DNA of 64,000 bases from a virus, in IMG/VR virus record IMGVR_UViG_3300045988_142974, positions 1 to 64,000 of that record; one strand, 5' to 3'. This document shows, one piece after another, positions 9,001 through 19,088 of this stretch. The notes under the pieces are model-generated. The model was not told the origin of the DNA. It did not search any database and saw only the letters and a program-made list of their open reading frames with translations. Numbering within the stretch: the stretch's first letter is position 1; every line of letters starts with the position of its first letter. The position numbers were made by a program, and so were the translations under genes.

Positions 9001-10583
9001 TAAGGAAGATATAACTTTTCGTAAAAAGGCGAATTAGACATGCCACAATTTGCTTCATTAAGAACTTGCAAACATGTGTCATAAGCAGCCAAAAAGGACT
9101 CTAAGCGTTTCAAACAATACAAATTCAGAGTTGATTTAAATTTATCATCATCCTCTATTTTAAATAAATCTGATAAGTCATCAGAACCTTCTTTTTGTAT
9201 ACTTCGTTTTACTTTTTGCTCAATATAAGTCTGTAAATCATCATTAACCATAACCGCTATTTCATTGCTTGTAGCGGTATCTTTTGGATTTCCATCGTCA
9301 TCTTTTACATAACTTGCAATCGTAAATCGTCCATGCCATGTTTGATTTCTCAATGTTGATCCGTCTTCAATCGTAAGTTTAAAATTCGTTGTATCTACCA
9401 AGCATTTTGCCATGCCGAGTACGGCATTGGTCACTGTGTACACAGAAGTTATAGACACATCTTTAACAGCAACGGGAGAAAGTGTTGCAGAAGTTAATTT
9501 TGCGATTTGATCAGCAGCCGTGCCAACTTCATGAGAAATGTCTGGCATCATCGTAGATGTTAAATAAGCTTTGTTATCATAAGCATTATATAAATCCGTT
9601 AAAATTTGAGTATATTGTTTTTCATTGTCTTTTAACGTCCTATCATAACCATGAAGTTTTTTGGATAATCCACCATACATATTTTCATAATCTTGTTCAG
9701 AAAAATATGTAATATATTCGCTTCCGTTAGGAGAGACGTCTTTGACAGCAGAACTCATCACATCATCACCTGCAATGATTTTAAAACAATTCTTGACTTC
9801 GCTTTCGTTTGAGTCTAATGTCATTTCTTGACCAAGATTATCTCGACCAACAAAAATAGTAGTGTCTTGACCATACCCTTTGATTAATTGTGCATTTCCA
9901 CAATCAGGACAAACATCGTCTTCGATTCGTTTATTACATTTAGGGCAGTAATTTAACAAATCATATACAGATATACTTCTATCCGCGGAGTCAAACTTGA
10001 ATAAACAGTCAAATTCCGTAGATACATCATTGGTGAGAAAATCATAAACAGATGTTCCGTCTGTGCTTACAGTTCTTTTTTCGCTTTTTAATGTATTGTC
10101 TACATGTTTGATGGTATAATGTGGAATTTTTGATAAAATTCGATGAAGTAAAGAAATAGAGGTGTTGTCAGGATTGAAAAAAGATGTTCTTTCATAATTA
10201 TTATATTTAATATCATCATCACTGTTAATATCTAGATTGTATAAATTAATCTGCGCCAACTCAAACTCACACAAAGCTGTACCAGTAACATTTTTAACAA
10301 TCTCATCTGTTTCGTTGATACTTACTGTAATTTTGAAATATTCATTAAATTCAGGTATCCAAACGGTTTTAAAATCAACAATCTTATTCCATAGGTTACA
10401 CAATTCATTGTTATCTCGGTATTTATGCACCGTAAAAGATAGTGTGTTTGCTGCGTTCATATTGTCTTTGTATACAATATTTGTCACAGAATTAAGATTG
10501 CCTAGCTTTTTATAATTATTTTCACACGGAACAATAGTAGGTTGTTCAACTTGATTATTAATATCAAACTGCAATTTCCCCAA
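6042..10583 (-). CDS. tail-associated lysin-like / phage minor structural protein (Tal, 1513 aa)
   Basis: N-terminus typical of the prophage tail endopeptidase / minor structural protein family; lies directly after Dit; C-terminal repeated SGNIGGF-type units. Confidence 0.75.
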   Translation of the reverse strand: MGKLQFDINNQVEQPTIVPCENNYKKLGNLNSVTNIVYKDNMNAANTLSFTVHKYRDNNELCNLWNKIVDFKTVWIPEFNEYFKITVSINETDEIVKNVTGTALCEFELAQINLYNLDINSDDDIKYNNYERTSFFNPDNTSISLLHRILSKIPHYTIKHVDNTLKSEKRTVSTDGTSVYDFLTNDVSTEFDCLFKFDSADRSISVYDLLNYCPKCNKRIEDDVCPDCGNAQLIKGYGQDTTIFVGRDNLGQEMTLDSNESEVKNCFKIIAGDDVMSSAVKDVSPNGSEYITYFSEQDYENMYGGLSKKLHGYDRTLKDNEKQYTQILTDLYNAYDNKAYLTSTMMPDISHEVGTAADQIAKLTSATLSPVAVKDVSITSVYTVTNAVLGMAKCLVDTTNFKLTIEDGSTLRNQTWHGRFTIASYVKDDDGNPKDTATSNEIAVMVNDDLQTYIEQKVKRSIQKEGSDDLSDLFKIEDDDKFKSTLNLYCLKRLESFLAAYDTCLQVLNEANCGMSNSPFYEKLYLPYYNRRNYIEDEYNERAKQIEAIATNIDNLEWEKQTIQKMLNLRTYLGESDYLSYLTYLREDKYENSNYISDGLTNEEVIEQAKQLREKALKELKKSAEMKYTITATLSNLLALKEFEPIINYFEVGNYIRMQIDETIYKMRLLSYEITFSEDNIQTINVEFSDVINAKNNALVIKQILDQAKSISSSFPSVVNQMNKNTENAALAPSWVENGLNLTNLKIVSAADNQNMVVDEHGLWMRMYDDITCTFSPCQAKFQNNGFYLTKNNWKTLEVGVGEFVYVDPSTKEEIQEYGIIAKKIIGKQILGEDRFGIYNANNTMEFSDNGLFITTNGDDAKNSNAFTIQKQYTKATGNVYEKQLYIDENGNVTLAGSAKIKWENVNSPEITDIAGLDGYLEQLDGRIQTFSQENDPSLDWTTPSLKKEHIGDIWFDTKNSVTRRWTGEKWEATTDSELSELAKSKAQIFTITPKPPYYIGDLWVQGQNGDILKCKQTRMTGNYVDADWEVASKYTDDSSLNSFISGDYKEYIEDTKNQLDKKTQTWYQADDPAADWKDDDTKKEHIGDLWYNISSTSKQTFVYTSSYAWKEMEVSKEVFDTIDGKASIYVSKPNNYKAKDLWILDVDNADGKNGTYPRYKQGTILVSTKDNTRYSASDWIEKVRYTDDTKANSAYELAESAKNLGNTLQKCLGFTTEISSNYVISPFIGGGYLQISSDNTGKVIIDPLGLVQQSHIFAIYNKSGDVVMGVDTSGNGTFAGDVTTKNIIATGGNIGGFIVDENGLFNVTDNVGCGMQKFGHGSAFWAGAGGIGNGGQNAEFKVYHDGSLIATKATIQGNITATSGNIGGFVISTTGINSADNKVGINTTAGWGVYAGDMVAGTDRHIFCVGLDGALYAENANIVGNITANSGRIGNWHIVDGNLRYVADENEQAYLTPTEFLLSRKEGANLHAYVGQIYMQNDSQSRSISIDCNEGVIALGGDWSTPWGDIED

Positions 10584-10622
10584 TTTATCACCTCCATTTA
10601 CTTATATTTATTTTTTTATATT

Positions 10623-11006
10623 TTACACTTCAATTACACTACATAATCCAATCATATAATCTACAGGCAGATTTTTATCAAACACATCTTGCGCTTTTAA
10701 TTTGTCTACGGGAAGTGTAATTTCGGTAGACAATAATTGTTCCATAGAGTCATTAAATTTTTTAATAGCTTCCGCATCTTCAGCGGGAATATATGAATTT
10801 TCCTGCCCATTTTCGTCTTTTGTTTTTGTACCCAGCTCCATAATTTTTTGATTTCTAAGCATATCGAAATTCTGTTCCATTGGTTGCAAAGCATTTGCCA
10901 ATAAAAGCAACTTAAACTTAAATGTCGTGTCATTTAATTCAGTATTTTCAAGCATTTCTCTAATAATCTTATTTGCTTTTAAAGCTTCACCTAATTTAAT
11001 TTTCAT
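10623..11006 (-). CDS. hypothetical protein between Dit and Tal
   Basis: ORF track; start moved to the second ATG, 9 nt after GGAGG. Confidence 0.4.
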   Translation of the reverse strand: MKIKLGEALKANKIIREMLENTELNDTTFKFKLLLLANALQPMEQNFDMLRNQKIMELGTKTKDENGQENSYIPAEDAEAIKKFNDSMEQLLSTEITLPVDKLKAQDVFDKNLPVDYMIGLCSVIEV

Positions 11007-11031
11007 TATATTTTCCTCCATTTATTCCTAT

Positions 11032-11850
11032 CTAAATTCCAACTTTTCGAATAGGAGAGTATGTAAGAGTACACTCTATAGGAATCGAAAAAGTCAGAAC
11101 ATTATTTTTATTTTCATATGTATTGCAAATTCTTGGAAATTTAAAATTGAAATCATCGTAGATATTATGCGAAGATCGGTTAGATTCGATAATTTGTTCT
11201 TCTCCATGTAACGTTATAATTTCGCCATTTTCAACATTGGCGAGATAAAAGTTTCTATTGTCCTCTATAGAATTTTGTATTTTGAGATTTCCAGATTCAA
11301 GACATCGAATTGTCATGTCAGGATATATATATCCAATTTCATCACTTTGGTCATACAGAGAAATAATCTCATTTTTATTAGTTGTATTTATAGAATATGT
11401 TACTGGCTCTAAGAACCCATATGGTCTATTGGTTGTCAAGGTCAATTCTAAACCATAACATTTTCCACCAATATTAATCTGATTAATATTAAAACTCCCC
11501 TCAAAATAAATATCAATATAGTCATCTTGTAGCACTTTAAATTTACAAAATTGCTTCCTGTTAAGCCACCTATTTAATTCAGATATATCATGTGCGGTTA
11601 ATTCTAATTCTTCTTGAGAAGATGCTTTACATGGATTTTTACAAATTTGAAAAGGATTGCTTGTAAGATATTCCGAGTAAGAGGACGAATAATTATTCCA
11701 TTTATTTTGCCCCAACGGTTTTACCAGATTAAAAGTTAATTGCGACCCCGCCGAAACACTTTCTGCTCCTGATTTTCCATCAAAGTCACAAATAATCATG
11801 CCGAAATCAGACAAACAGTGTTTATCATACATAAAGTCAGTAGCATACAT
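11032..11850 (-). CDS. distal tail protein (Dit)-like
   Basis: Position between tape measure and Tal, size 272 aa, N-terminus MYATDFMYDKHCLSDFGMIICDFDG typical of siphovirus tail-component proteins. Confidence 0.6.
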   Translation of the reverse strand: MYATDFMYDKHCLSDFGMIICDFDGKSGAESVSAGSQLTFNLVKPLGQNKWNNYSSSYSEYLTSNPFQICKNPCKASSQEELELTAHDISELNRWLNRKQFCKFKVLQDDYIDIYFEGSFNINQINIGGKCYGLELTLTTNRPYGFLEPVTYSINTTNKNEIISLYDQSDEIGYIYPDMTIRCLESGNLKIQNSIEDNRNFYLANVENGEIITLHGEEQIIESNRSSHNIYDDFNFKFPRICNTYENKNNVLTFSIPIECTLTYSPIRKVGI

Positions 11851-12119
11851 TAGCCAACACCACCTTTTTGAATTTTAACGGTTAAATCACCAATCAGTTG
11901 CAGCAGTTCAGCACGTCCACGTCTAAGTTCATTAATGATTTCAGCTTGAACTTTTTTCTGTTTCTTTAAATCGTCAATTAGTTTTAAAACATTGGAGTCA
12001 CTGTAATTTTCTAACTGTTTTTGTAATACGGCTTCTCGTTTTTCAAGAATTTCAATAGTTTCATTTCGTCTTTTTAATAATTTGATTAATTCTGTTCTTG
12101 ACATATTATCATATTTCAT
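11850..12119 (-). CDS. small coiled-coil protein
   Basis: ORF track; heptad-rich, charged sequence. Confidence 0.35.
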   Translation of the reverse strand: MKYDNMSRTELIKLLKRRNETIEILEKREAVLQKQLENYSDSNVLKLIDDLKKQKKVQAEIINELRRGRAELLQLIGDLTVKIQKGGVG

Positions 12120-12140
12120 ATTTTTTCACCACCTTATATG

Positions 12141-12181
12141 TAAAACAAAAGAGCAGGTAGATTGTTAGTCTACTTGCTCTC
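12141..12181 (-). terminator. Rho-independent terminator
   Basis: 12-bp stem agagcaggtaga / tctacttgctct followed on the minus strand by a U-rich tail. Confidence 0.6.
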
Positions 12182-12286
12182 GGAAATATTATTCAAAATA
12201 TGGTCCCATTGAAAAAATGCCTATTTTAAGCCATTTTCATAACTTTATTAATAAAAAAATAGACTATTTTTAACAATTTAGTCCCA

Positions 12287-13150
12287 TTAAATTTTTTCAT
12301 CATCTGGAACATTAAATGCCTTCCTAAATACTGGTTCAAATTCGTCCCATGTATCAAACCCTTTCATCATTGTTGTAACAGTAGAAATCTGTTGTGTTAA
12401 ATGCTGATACCCATATTCTTTTGTAAGTCCCTGATGAAGCCTATGCCTTCTGTAACCATTTTTATTTAAAACTGGATTTAATCTCTTCAATTCATCGAGA
12501 ACTTCTTTGGGGAGTCGATTATATACAAGAAAATTAGTAAGCTGTCCAGCATAAGGTGTTTTTAATCTACCCTTATAATCCCAACCTCGAAGCCTAAACA
12601 TTTGAATATAAAATTCATCATCAAATGTTTTTACCCATGGTAAAAATTCTTTTGCAATATATTGAGACAATAATTCTTGTAAAGCTCTAGCATCTCTTTC
12701 ATATTGATACCCCGTTGCTTCATCAATTAATGCAACAATTCCAACTTTAGCCAAAGAACGCATGAGAATATCACTTGCAGTTGCTAACGGTTTTTGATTT
12801 TCTGTCAAAACATCATCATCTCTTGCTGATAAATATATATCACAAATTCTAGGCAATATTTCAGCTTCATAACCAGTAAAAATTCTACCGTTTCTACTGT
12901 ACTCAACAGAAAAATCATTATCTTCAAATTCTCTTTTTATGTATGGTTTTAAATTATTTGCTGTAATAAATGCAGGTACATTTTTTAAACGATATTCTTC
13001 TGAGGGTTTCCCTTTTCGTGGTCTATCAAAAGCTTGAAATATTGCGGTATTTGTCAATATTCTTGTTCCGTTATCTAACACAGCACAAGATAATTCTTTA
13101 TTGCCTATATTTACTTTTCCTGAATATAATACTTTGGGCAATTCGCTCAT
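12287..13150 (-). CDS. P63C-domain-like protein (moron between tape measure and Dit)
   Basis: N-terminus KVLYSGKVNIGNKELSCAVLDNGTRILT matches my memory of P63C-domain proteins; start moved to the ATG 9 nt after GGAGG. Confidence 0.5.
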   Translation of the reverse strand: MSELPKVLYSGKVNIGNKELSCAVLDNGTRILTNTAIFQAFDRPRKGKPSEEYRLKNVPAFITANNLKPYIKREFEDNDFSVEYSRNGRIFTGYEAEILPRICDIYLSARDDDVLTENQKPLATASDILMRSLAKVGIVALIDEATGYQYERDARALQELLSQYIAKEFLPWVKTFDDEFYIQMFRLRGWDYKGRLKTPYAGQLTNFLVYNRLPKEVLDELKRLNPVLNKNGYRRHRLHQGLTKEYGYQHLTQQISTVTTMMKGFDTWDEFEPVFRKAFNVPDDEKI

Positions 13151-13288
13151 ATGTAATACCTCCACTAATCATTAGTATTTAATACTACCATTATATACCA
13201 ATAATCAACAATAATCCACAAGAACATATGTTTACATTGATTTAACATATGGGAAGCCATAAAACCTCCCACATGTTGAATATTTTCA

Positions 13289-16200
13289 TCATTTGTACTT
13301 ATTTGCAGCAAGTTCATTATGTCCTAATGCAACACCCAACGTAGCTTCACTCATGTAGCTTTTAAATCCACGATCATTCATAAGCTGCGTTTTAAACTCT
13401 GTATAATTCGTTACATTTGGCAGACTAATTTCAATCGTGTCCACATTACTTGTAACATTATTTGGAATTGATGCAGGTTTGACGTTAGGAAGTGGCATAT
13501 GAGAAGATAGATACTGTGTTGGGTCAACACTAAAATCAGCAATGTTTTTAGCCATATCCGCTGTAAAGATAGTATCTTCCGTACCAACTTCACGCAATGC
13601 ACCATTGGTAATCATGAATTCATTTCCTTCTTCGCCTACTAAATGATATCCAGTTGAATATTCTCCACGTTTTTTACCTTTGGCATAACCATGTTCTTTT
13701 AACCAATCTAACATTCGAATATTTTGATAATCAGAACCGGTATAGTCTTCATCCCCAAAAATACCTTCATAGTAATCAGCACGTCTATCCCAAGAAGCAT
13801 CAATATCATTGAATTTTAATCTATCTACAACTGAATGTTCAGTGTCAAGTGGTTGTGGATAATAATACTTGTACACAAACAAGTCATCATAATTTCCGGC
13901 ATCGCCAGAATCTGAATCGTCTGATTCGTCATAAGAATATGATGGTTCAGGATCAGGTTCATAAGATGGGGTAGGAGCAGGAGTAGAGTTATTCGGATTA
14001 TAACTTCCATCGTCATAATTATTAATTTCCGAATCCAGATTACCACGCATAATAGCAATTAAATCATTAAGTCGTGTAATAATGTCATTAATTGCAAGTG
14101 TAATACCGCTCACTGTAGAACCAATTCCTTGCACAGTTGTGTTCAAATCTACAACAGGCGTAGCAGAATTCCATACATCTCGCATAGCTTTTGTTAATGG
14201 CAATTCTGTGTCTTGACTTAAATTTTCAAGTGTAGAGCGAATTGCATCTCTGTTTAAATTTACAGCGTCAGCAACATCACCAAGTTCCTTATCAATATTA
14301 TCAATTCTATCGTTAATAAGGTCTTCATATTCGGTCTGCAAATCATCAAGAAGCTTTTCTTGGTCAGAGATATACTTATCATATTCAGTTTCAGCCAAAT
14401 CTTCCTGCGCATCTTTTAGATTAACTTCAATTTGCTGTACCTGCTTTTTAGCCTCTTCGGACGTATCATTTGCATATGCGGCTTTCTGCTTTTCAAGTTC
14501 GGTCACTTTATCAGATTTTTCCTGAATACTTTTCTGATAATCATGCAAATCTTTTTCTGCTTCAAGAGCCTCTTTACGCTTGTCAATTAGCTTGCTTAAT
14601 GCGTCAGACGCTTTATCGTAGCCATCTTTGATTAAGTCTATAATAGCATTCTTCTCATCGTAAGCAGCTAAAACAGATTCACGTTGAGCTTCAATGTATT
14701 CCTGTTTTTTGTCAATAAGAGTTGTATTGGCAGGATCGTTTGCAAGCTCGGCTTCGATTGCAGAAATTTCTTTTGCGTAAAAATCAGCCTGTTTCAAGTA
14801 TGCAGCATAGTTTTCACTGTGAATGCCCTGTACAGTCAGACCTTCATTAGTAATTTTTCCGTCATCATCATATAAATCCTTATTCATCTTATCGAGTAAG
14901 TCAATATAGAATTGACCCTCACTGACAAGATTGGAAATATCATCTTGACCACGCTCAAATATCGTAAAGTTTAAATCACGTAATGAATTACCGACTTCTT
15001 GAATATTGATAACAGTATCAACAATTTCTTCATTTACAGATTGAATCTGTTGCAACATGTCATTCCATGTTTTTGAGCCTTCTTCAACCAAACCGCTTTG
15101 AACAGATTCTTGAAGCTTTGATTGTAATGTATCTCTTTCACTTGTGAGAGTATTAAGAGTATTATTGTACTGTTCAAGTTGTTTTTGATATAATTCAGGT
15201 GACGCATAATATCCATGTTTGTCGGCAAGGTCAATATATTTGTCAAGCATAGTAACTGCATGAGAAATAGAAGACGAGATATCCTCAAATTGAGACACTA
15301 CATTGTCAAATTTAGTCTTTTGTAATTCCTTCAGATTTTGATTAAGGTCTCTGATTTTATCATTACAATCTTGCGCCTTATCATAAAAATCCTGAAACTT
15401 GTCAATCTGGTCTTGCAGACTTTCATCGTCAACAGTGATAACATCTATTGCTCCGTTCTTGATAAGGTCTTCGTAATATCCATCTAGACCAACAGAATCG
15501 GCTAAGTCCATATACTTTTCATATGCCTGTTGCTGTAATGAAATCTCATCAGAAACAGATGACAATTCATCTGCTAGTGCCGAATTACGATTTCCCCATG
15601 AAGCATAAGTGTCTGATACGGCGGTATCAAGTGCTGAAATAGCCGATTCCAGCTTTTTAATTTTTCTTTCAATGAGGTCGTAATCTTTGGAATTGTCTTT
15701 ATCTGATGAGTCTGAATCTGAACCTGAACCAGAAGATGATGAAGAATCGCTACCTAAGTCATCCCATGATAAATCAATAGAAGATGATATGTAATCATAA
15801 GCTGCGTTACCCAAAAAATTTTTTGCATTTTCTGCATCAGCCAATACTTTATCAATATTATCTAATAATTCAGAATATTCAGGATTTTGTTCGGAAGCAA
15901 CTGTATCAAATTTTTTCTTATCATACAACTTCCCAAAAATATTTGTCGCAGAATGTTCAGGAGTGCCACCCAATGTATTTTTATTAACATCAATTGCATA
16001 CTCAACACCATTATCTACACCCATAGCCTGATAAAAGTTTTTATATAACTGTGCTATTTTTTGAAGAGTTTGAGCTGAAATATTCAACTTTGCTTGTTCT
16101 AGGTTGTTCCAATTTTGAACATCATATCCATACATTGTCCCTAATGTATCAAACAAACTTCGATTGTTTGTTTTTACCGCTTCAAAGAATTCTTCATCTT

Positions 16201-18178
16201 TTTCATTTTTAGCAATTAATGATTTAATATATTGCTCTTTATCATCCTCATAAACTTGTTTGAATTTATTAAATAACTCTTCTTCTGAGATTAAACCAGA
16301 CATATAATCAGCAAGTGCAGCCTTCGCTTCAGGATACTGCTTGATTATTTTCTGCATAGAGTCAACGCCAATAGTGCCTGTTTCAGACATCTCCTTCTGA
16401 ATAGAAGATAACAAATCTGCTTCTGATTGAAGGTCTGCTAATGTTGCAGTTTGAGATTTGTCTTCCGATTCAGTGAGAAGAGAAGTTGGATCATCAAATT
16501 CTACAGAAGTTTCGACAGGATTCTTATCAGCTTCTTCTTGGGCTTTCTTAATCGCTTCTCGTACTGATTCGACAGTTGCATTTTCGTCAATATAAGGTAA
16601 AATATCTAGTTCAGAAGCTTTTTTAATTTCATCATCCGATAATTGACTTTTAATTTCATTTGCCGCATCCTCAGATATACCATTTTCTTGTAAATGCTTT
16701 ACAAAAGTATCAGAATACATTTCACCTTGATTATATTCGTCATAATTACCATATAACGCTTTAAGGCGATTAACTAAATCTTCTTGACCAACAATAACAT
16801 TACCATTAGAATCATATAAAGCATCATCTTCGTTCATAAGAGCTTTAATATATGTGGCAGCTTGTTCCTCAACCGTCTTAATGTAAGCCTTTTTACTTTC
16901 TATGTTCTTTTCATTTTGTTTCCATTCTTTATCGTCTTTAAATTGAGAAGCATCATTGTTAAATTTATCCTCAATTTCCTTACGCTTAGAATATAAATCT
17001 TCCAATTCCTTATTATTTTGGATTGCTTGCTCTATATTCCATTGTGCAGCATCAATTCTATCACCAGTATCAAAAGAAGTTCCGTTATCACTATAACTAA
17101 GATTATACTTTTCAGATTTCTTAGTAATTGCGGCATTGGTATCATTGGCAGATTTTTGACCTTGAGTTTGTGCAATTGCTTCTTTTATTCGCAATTCACG
17201 TTCTAATTCATCATTAGTTTTCTTTAATTTTTCTAATTCATCTTCTTCTGAAAAAGTAAGTGAATCTTTGTTTTGTAACTCACTAATTCTATCTTTTGTA
17301 GTTTTTAATTCGTCATTAAGAGATTTTATTTCAGAAATAGTACTATCATAAGCGGATTTAGAATCCTGTGCCGTTTCTTGTAAATCTTTTAATGACTTGG
17401 TATGTTTTGCGATTGCTACAGTTGTACCAACTATTGCAATAGTAGCCAATGTAGCCCAACCAGCAGGAGTAGTTGCAAGCCATGTTAATGTTGCTGTAAT
17501 ATTCTCCCAAATTGCTTTAGCACTTAATTTTAATGTTGCTATCCATTTAGGAAGAGTAGAAGAAGCTTGTTCCTTAACAGCCATATCCACACCAAGCATA
17601 CTTGCAAGTTGTAATGCCTGTTCTTGGGTTAATTTACCACTAGCAACAGCAGCTTCAATATTTTTCTTTGTAAGTTTAGCAACTGAATTACCTTGTGCAT
17701 CAGTAGCAACTTTCAATTCCATTGCACTCATTGTCGCTTGTACATCGGCATCAGAACCTAAAACAGTTTGAAGAGTTTCTTCAATTTGTGCAGTAGTAAG
17801 TTTTTGCTTAGAACTTAACAAACCAGCTTCAAGCATTGCCTGATACTGCAATTCAGGTGTTAATTTCTGTGTAGATAATACCTGTTCAATCTGAGCATTT
17901 GACAATCCCTGTGTACTTAATAAAAGTGCAGCTTGTTTTGGTTCAAGGTCAGAAAGAGCGTTAGCATATTCTTGAATCTTAGGCGCATCAAATGCACCAT
18001 AGTCAGCATTAGATATTGATTGAATTTCTTCCGTAAGAGATTTTAACTGTGATTCTTTTACATCTTTAAAGGATATTAATTGTCCAACATTAAAACTTTT
18101 TCCATCTATGTTTAATTTGCTGAATTTATCTAATACACCATTTGCAATTTTTATATCGTTTATAAAATCCTTGATTTT
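13289..18178 (-). CDS. tape measure protein, C-terminal part (exon 2)
   Basis: My translation shows the frame of ORF 13289..17905 stays open upstream to 18178, where TAG at 18179-18181 closes it. The first annotated codon is only a TTG. Hydrophobic segment, long coiled coils and S/D-rich linkers fit a tape measure. Confidence 0.7.
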   Translation of the reverse strand, partial: KIKDFINDIKIANGVLDKFSKLNIDGKSFNVGQLISFKDVKESQLKSLTEEIQSISNADYGAFDAPKIQEYANALSDLEPKQAALLLSTQGLSNAQIEQVLSTQKLTPELQYQAMLEAGLLSSKQKLTTAQIEETLQTVLGSDADVQATMSAMELKVATDAQGNSVAKLTKKNIEAAVASGKLTQEQALQLASMLGVDMAVKEQASSTLPKWIATLKLSAKAIWENITATLTWLATTPAGWATLATIAIVGTTVAIAKHTKSLKDLQETAQDSKSAYDSTISEIKSLNDELKTTKDRISELQNKDSLTFSEEDELEKLKKTNDELERELRIKEAIAQTQGQKSANDTNAAITKKSEKYNLSYSDNGTSFDTGDRIDAAQWNIEQAIQNNKELEDLYSKRKEIEDKFNNDASQFKDDKEWKQNEKNIESKKAYIKTVEEQAATYIKALMNEDDALYDSNGNVIVGQEDLVNRLKALYGNYDEYNQGEMYSDTFVKHLQENGISEDAANEIKSQLSDDEIKKASELDILPYIDENATVESVREAIKKAQEEADKNPVETSVEFDDPTSLLTESEDKSQTATLADLQSEADLLSSIQKEMSETGTIGVDSMQKIIKQYPEAKAALADYMSGLISEEELFNKFKQVYEDDKEQYIKSLIAKNEKDEEFFEAVKTNNRSLFDTLGTMYGYDVQNWNNLEQAKLNISAQTLQKIAQLYKNFYQAMGVDNGVEYAIDVNKNTLGGTPEHSATNIFGKLYDKKKFDTVASEQNPEYSELLDNIDKVLADAENAKNFLGNAAYDYISSSIDLSWDDLGSDSSSSSGSGSDSDSSDKDNSKDYDLIERKIKKLESAISALDTAVSDTYASWGNRNSALADELSSVSDEISLQQQAYEKYMDLADSVGLDGYYEDLIKNGAIDVITVDDESLQDQIDKFQDFYDKAQDCNDKIRDLNQNLKELQKTKFDNVVSQFEDISSSISHAVTMLDKYIDLADKHGYYASPELYQKQLEQYNNTLNTLTSERDTLQSKLQESVQSGLVEEGSKTWNDMLQQIQSVNEEIVDTVINIQEVGNSLRDLNFTIFERGQDDISNLVSEGQFYIDLLDKMNKDLYDDDGKITNEGLTVQGIHSENYAAYLKQADFYAKEISAIEAELANDPANTTLIDKKQEYIEAQRESVLAAYDEKNAIIDLIKDGYDKASDALSKLIDKRKEALEAEKDLHDYQKSIQEKSDKVTELEKQKAAYANDTSEEAKKQVQQIEVNLKDAQEDLAETEYDKYISDQEKLLDDLQTEYEDLINDRIDNIDKELGDVADAVNLNRDAIRSTLENLSQDTELPLTKAMRDVWNSATPVVDLNTTVQGIGSTVSGITLAINDIITRLNDLIAIMRGNLDSEINNYDDGSYNPNNSTPAPTPSYEPDPEPSYSYDESDDSDSGDAGNYDDLFVYKYYYPQPLDTEHSVVDRLKFNDIDASWDRRADYYEGIFGDEDYTGSDYQNIRMLDWLKEHGYAKGKKRGEYSTGYHLVGEEGNEFMITNGALREVGTEDTIFTADMAKNIADFSVDPTQYLSSHMPLPNVKPASIPNNVTSNVDTIEISLPNVTNYTEFKTQLMNDRGFKSYMSEATLGVALGHNELAANKYK

Positions 18179-18185
18179 CTATTTA

Positions 18186-18215
18186 TGAATATTGAATATA
18201 ATTAATTAATTTGAT
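18186..18215. repeat. left arm of perfect 30-bp inverted repeat TGAATATTGAATATAATTAATTAATTTGAT
   Basis: Exact reverse complement of 22281..22310, checked base by base. Confidence 0.95.
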
Positions 18216-18220
18216 ATTAT
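18192..18220 (+). promoter_or_regulatory. sigma-A-like promoter inside the left repeat arm (TTGAAT - 17 nt - TATTAT)
   Basis: Hexamers and 17-nt spacer read directly; about 28 nt upstream of the ORF starting 18248. Confidence 0.45.
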
Positions 18221-18247
18221 AAGAATATAATTTCAGGAGGGTCATAT

Positions 18248-18571
18248 ATGTCTAAAATAAATATTGTACTAGAGGGTAAATATAAAGATGAAAAAATCTT
18301 ATATAGTAAAGATATGCTTATATGTGATGGTGGTCTTATCCCACGCTATATTTCTTCCTACACAGTAATTGACGAATCCAACAAAGACCAGTATTCGTTC
18401 TGGAAAGGTGCTTTAGGCGTAGCACTATTTGGTGGATTAGGTGCAATCGCAGGAGTCAATGGCAAAAAGAAAAAAGAATACCTTATTGCCGTAGAGTGGA
18501 AAGATGGTGAGAAAAGTCTTATCAGCTTAGATGATGAGTATTATAAGGTTTTTGTTAAGAGTAATTTTTAG
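18248..18571 (+). CDS. hypothetical 107-aa protein with a glycine-rich hydrophobic segment (cargo gene)
   Basis: ORF track; AGGAGG RBS 7 nt upstream; GALGVALFGGLGAIAGV segment. Confidence 0.55.
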   Translation: MSKINIVLEGKYKDEKILYSKDMLICDGGLIPRYISSYTVIDESNKDQYSFWKGALGVALFGGLGAIAGVNGKKKKEYLIAVEWKDGEKSLISLDDEYYKVFVKSNF

Positions 18572-18673
18572 AAATGTTTGGTGATATTCTACAAAACTGA
18601 TGTTCCGACTATAAATCCTTTGCATATAATACTATAATATAATTATAAAATTATATGCAAAGGAGGTTTTATT

Positions 18674-18880
18674 ATGGGATTTACTATCAAAGCCCCAGAG
18701 GGATGTAAGACGGAAGATATTAAAATTGAGACAAAAATGTTAAAAAACACTATTGAAACAACCGTTACATATCCGAATGGCTTTTTTGTTAAAGCAATTA
18801 TTGATGGAGATAAGAACACCCTTATTCCTAGTGGAGAACTTATTGATTTAGGAAATGGAGATTTCCAGATTCCAAATTAA
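18674..18880 (+). CDS. hypothetical 68-aa protein (cargo gene)
   Basis: ORF track; AAGGAGG RBS; leader carries a 14-bp inverted repeat (cctttgcatataat / attatatgcaaagg) overlapping the RBS. Confidence 0.5.
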   Translation: MGFTIKAPEGCKTEDIKIETKMLKNTIETTVTYPNGFFVKAIIDGDKNTLIPSGELIDLGNGDFQIPN

Positions 18881-18914
18881 TAACTATGTTCCCGTTCTTG
18901 TCAATTTTTAATGA

Positions 18915-18958
18915 GATACTGTCGGTTATAATTTCAAAACTGACAGTATCTTTCTTTT
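18915..18958 (+). terminator. Rho-independent terminator
   Basis: gatactgtc / gacagtatc stem followed by tttctttt. Confidence 0.6.
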
Positions 18959-19088
18959 CACTATTATTTAAATTTCTCATTATTTTTCACCTCATTTCGT
19001 AGTAGTTCAAATAATATTTTTAATAATCTTAGTAAGACTTGGAAATGCAATAACTGTGGTAGTAAGTTTTAATAAGATATGGGATAGA

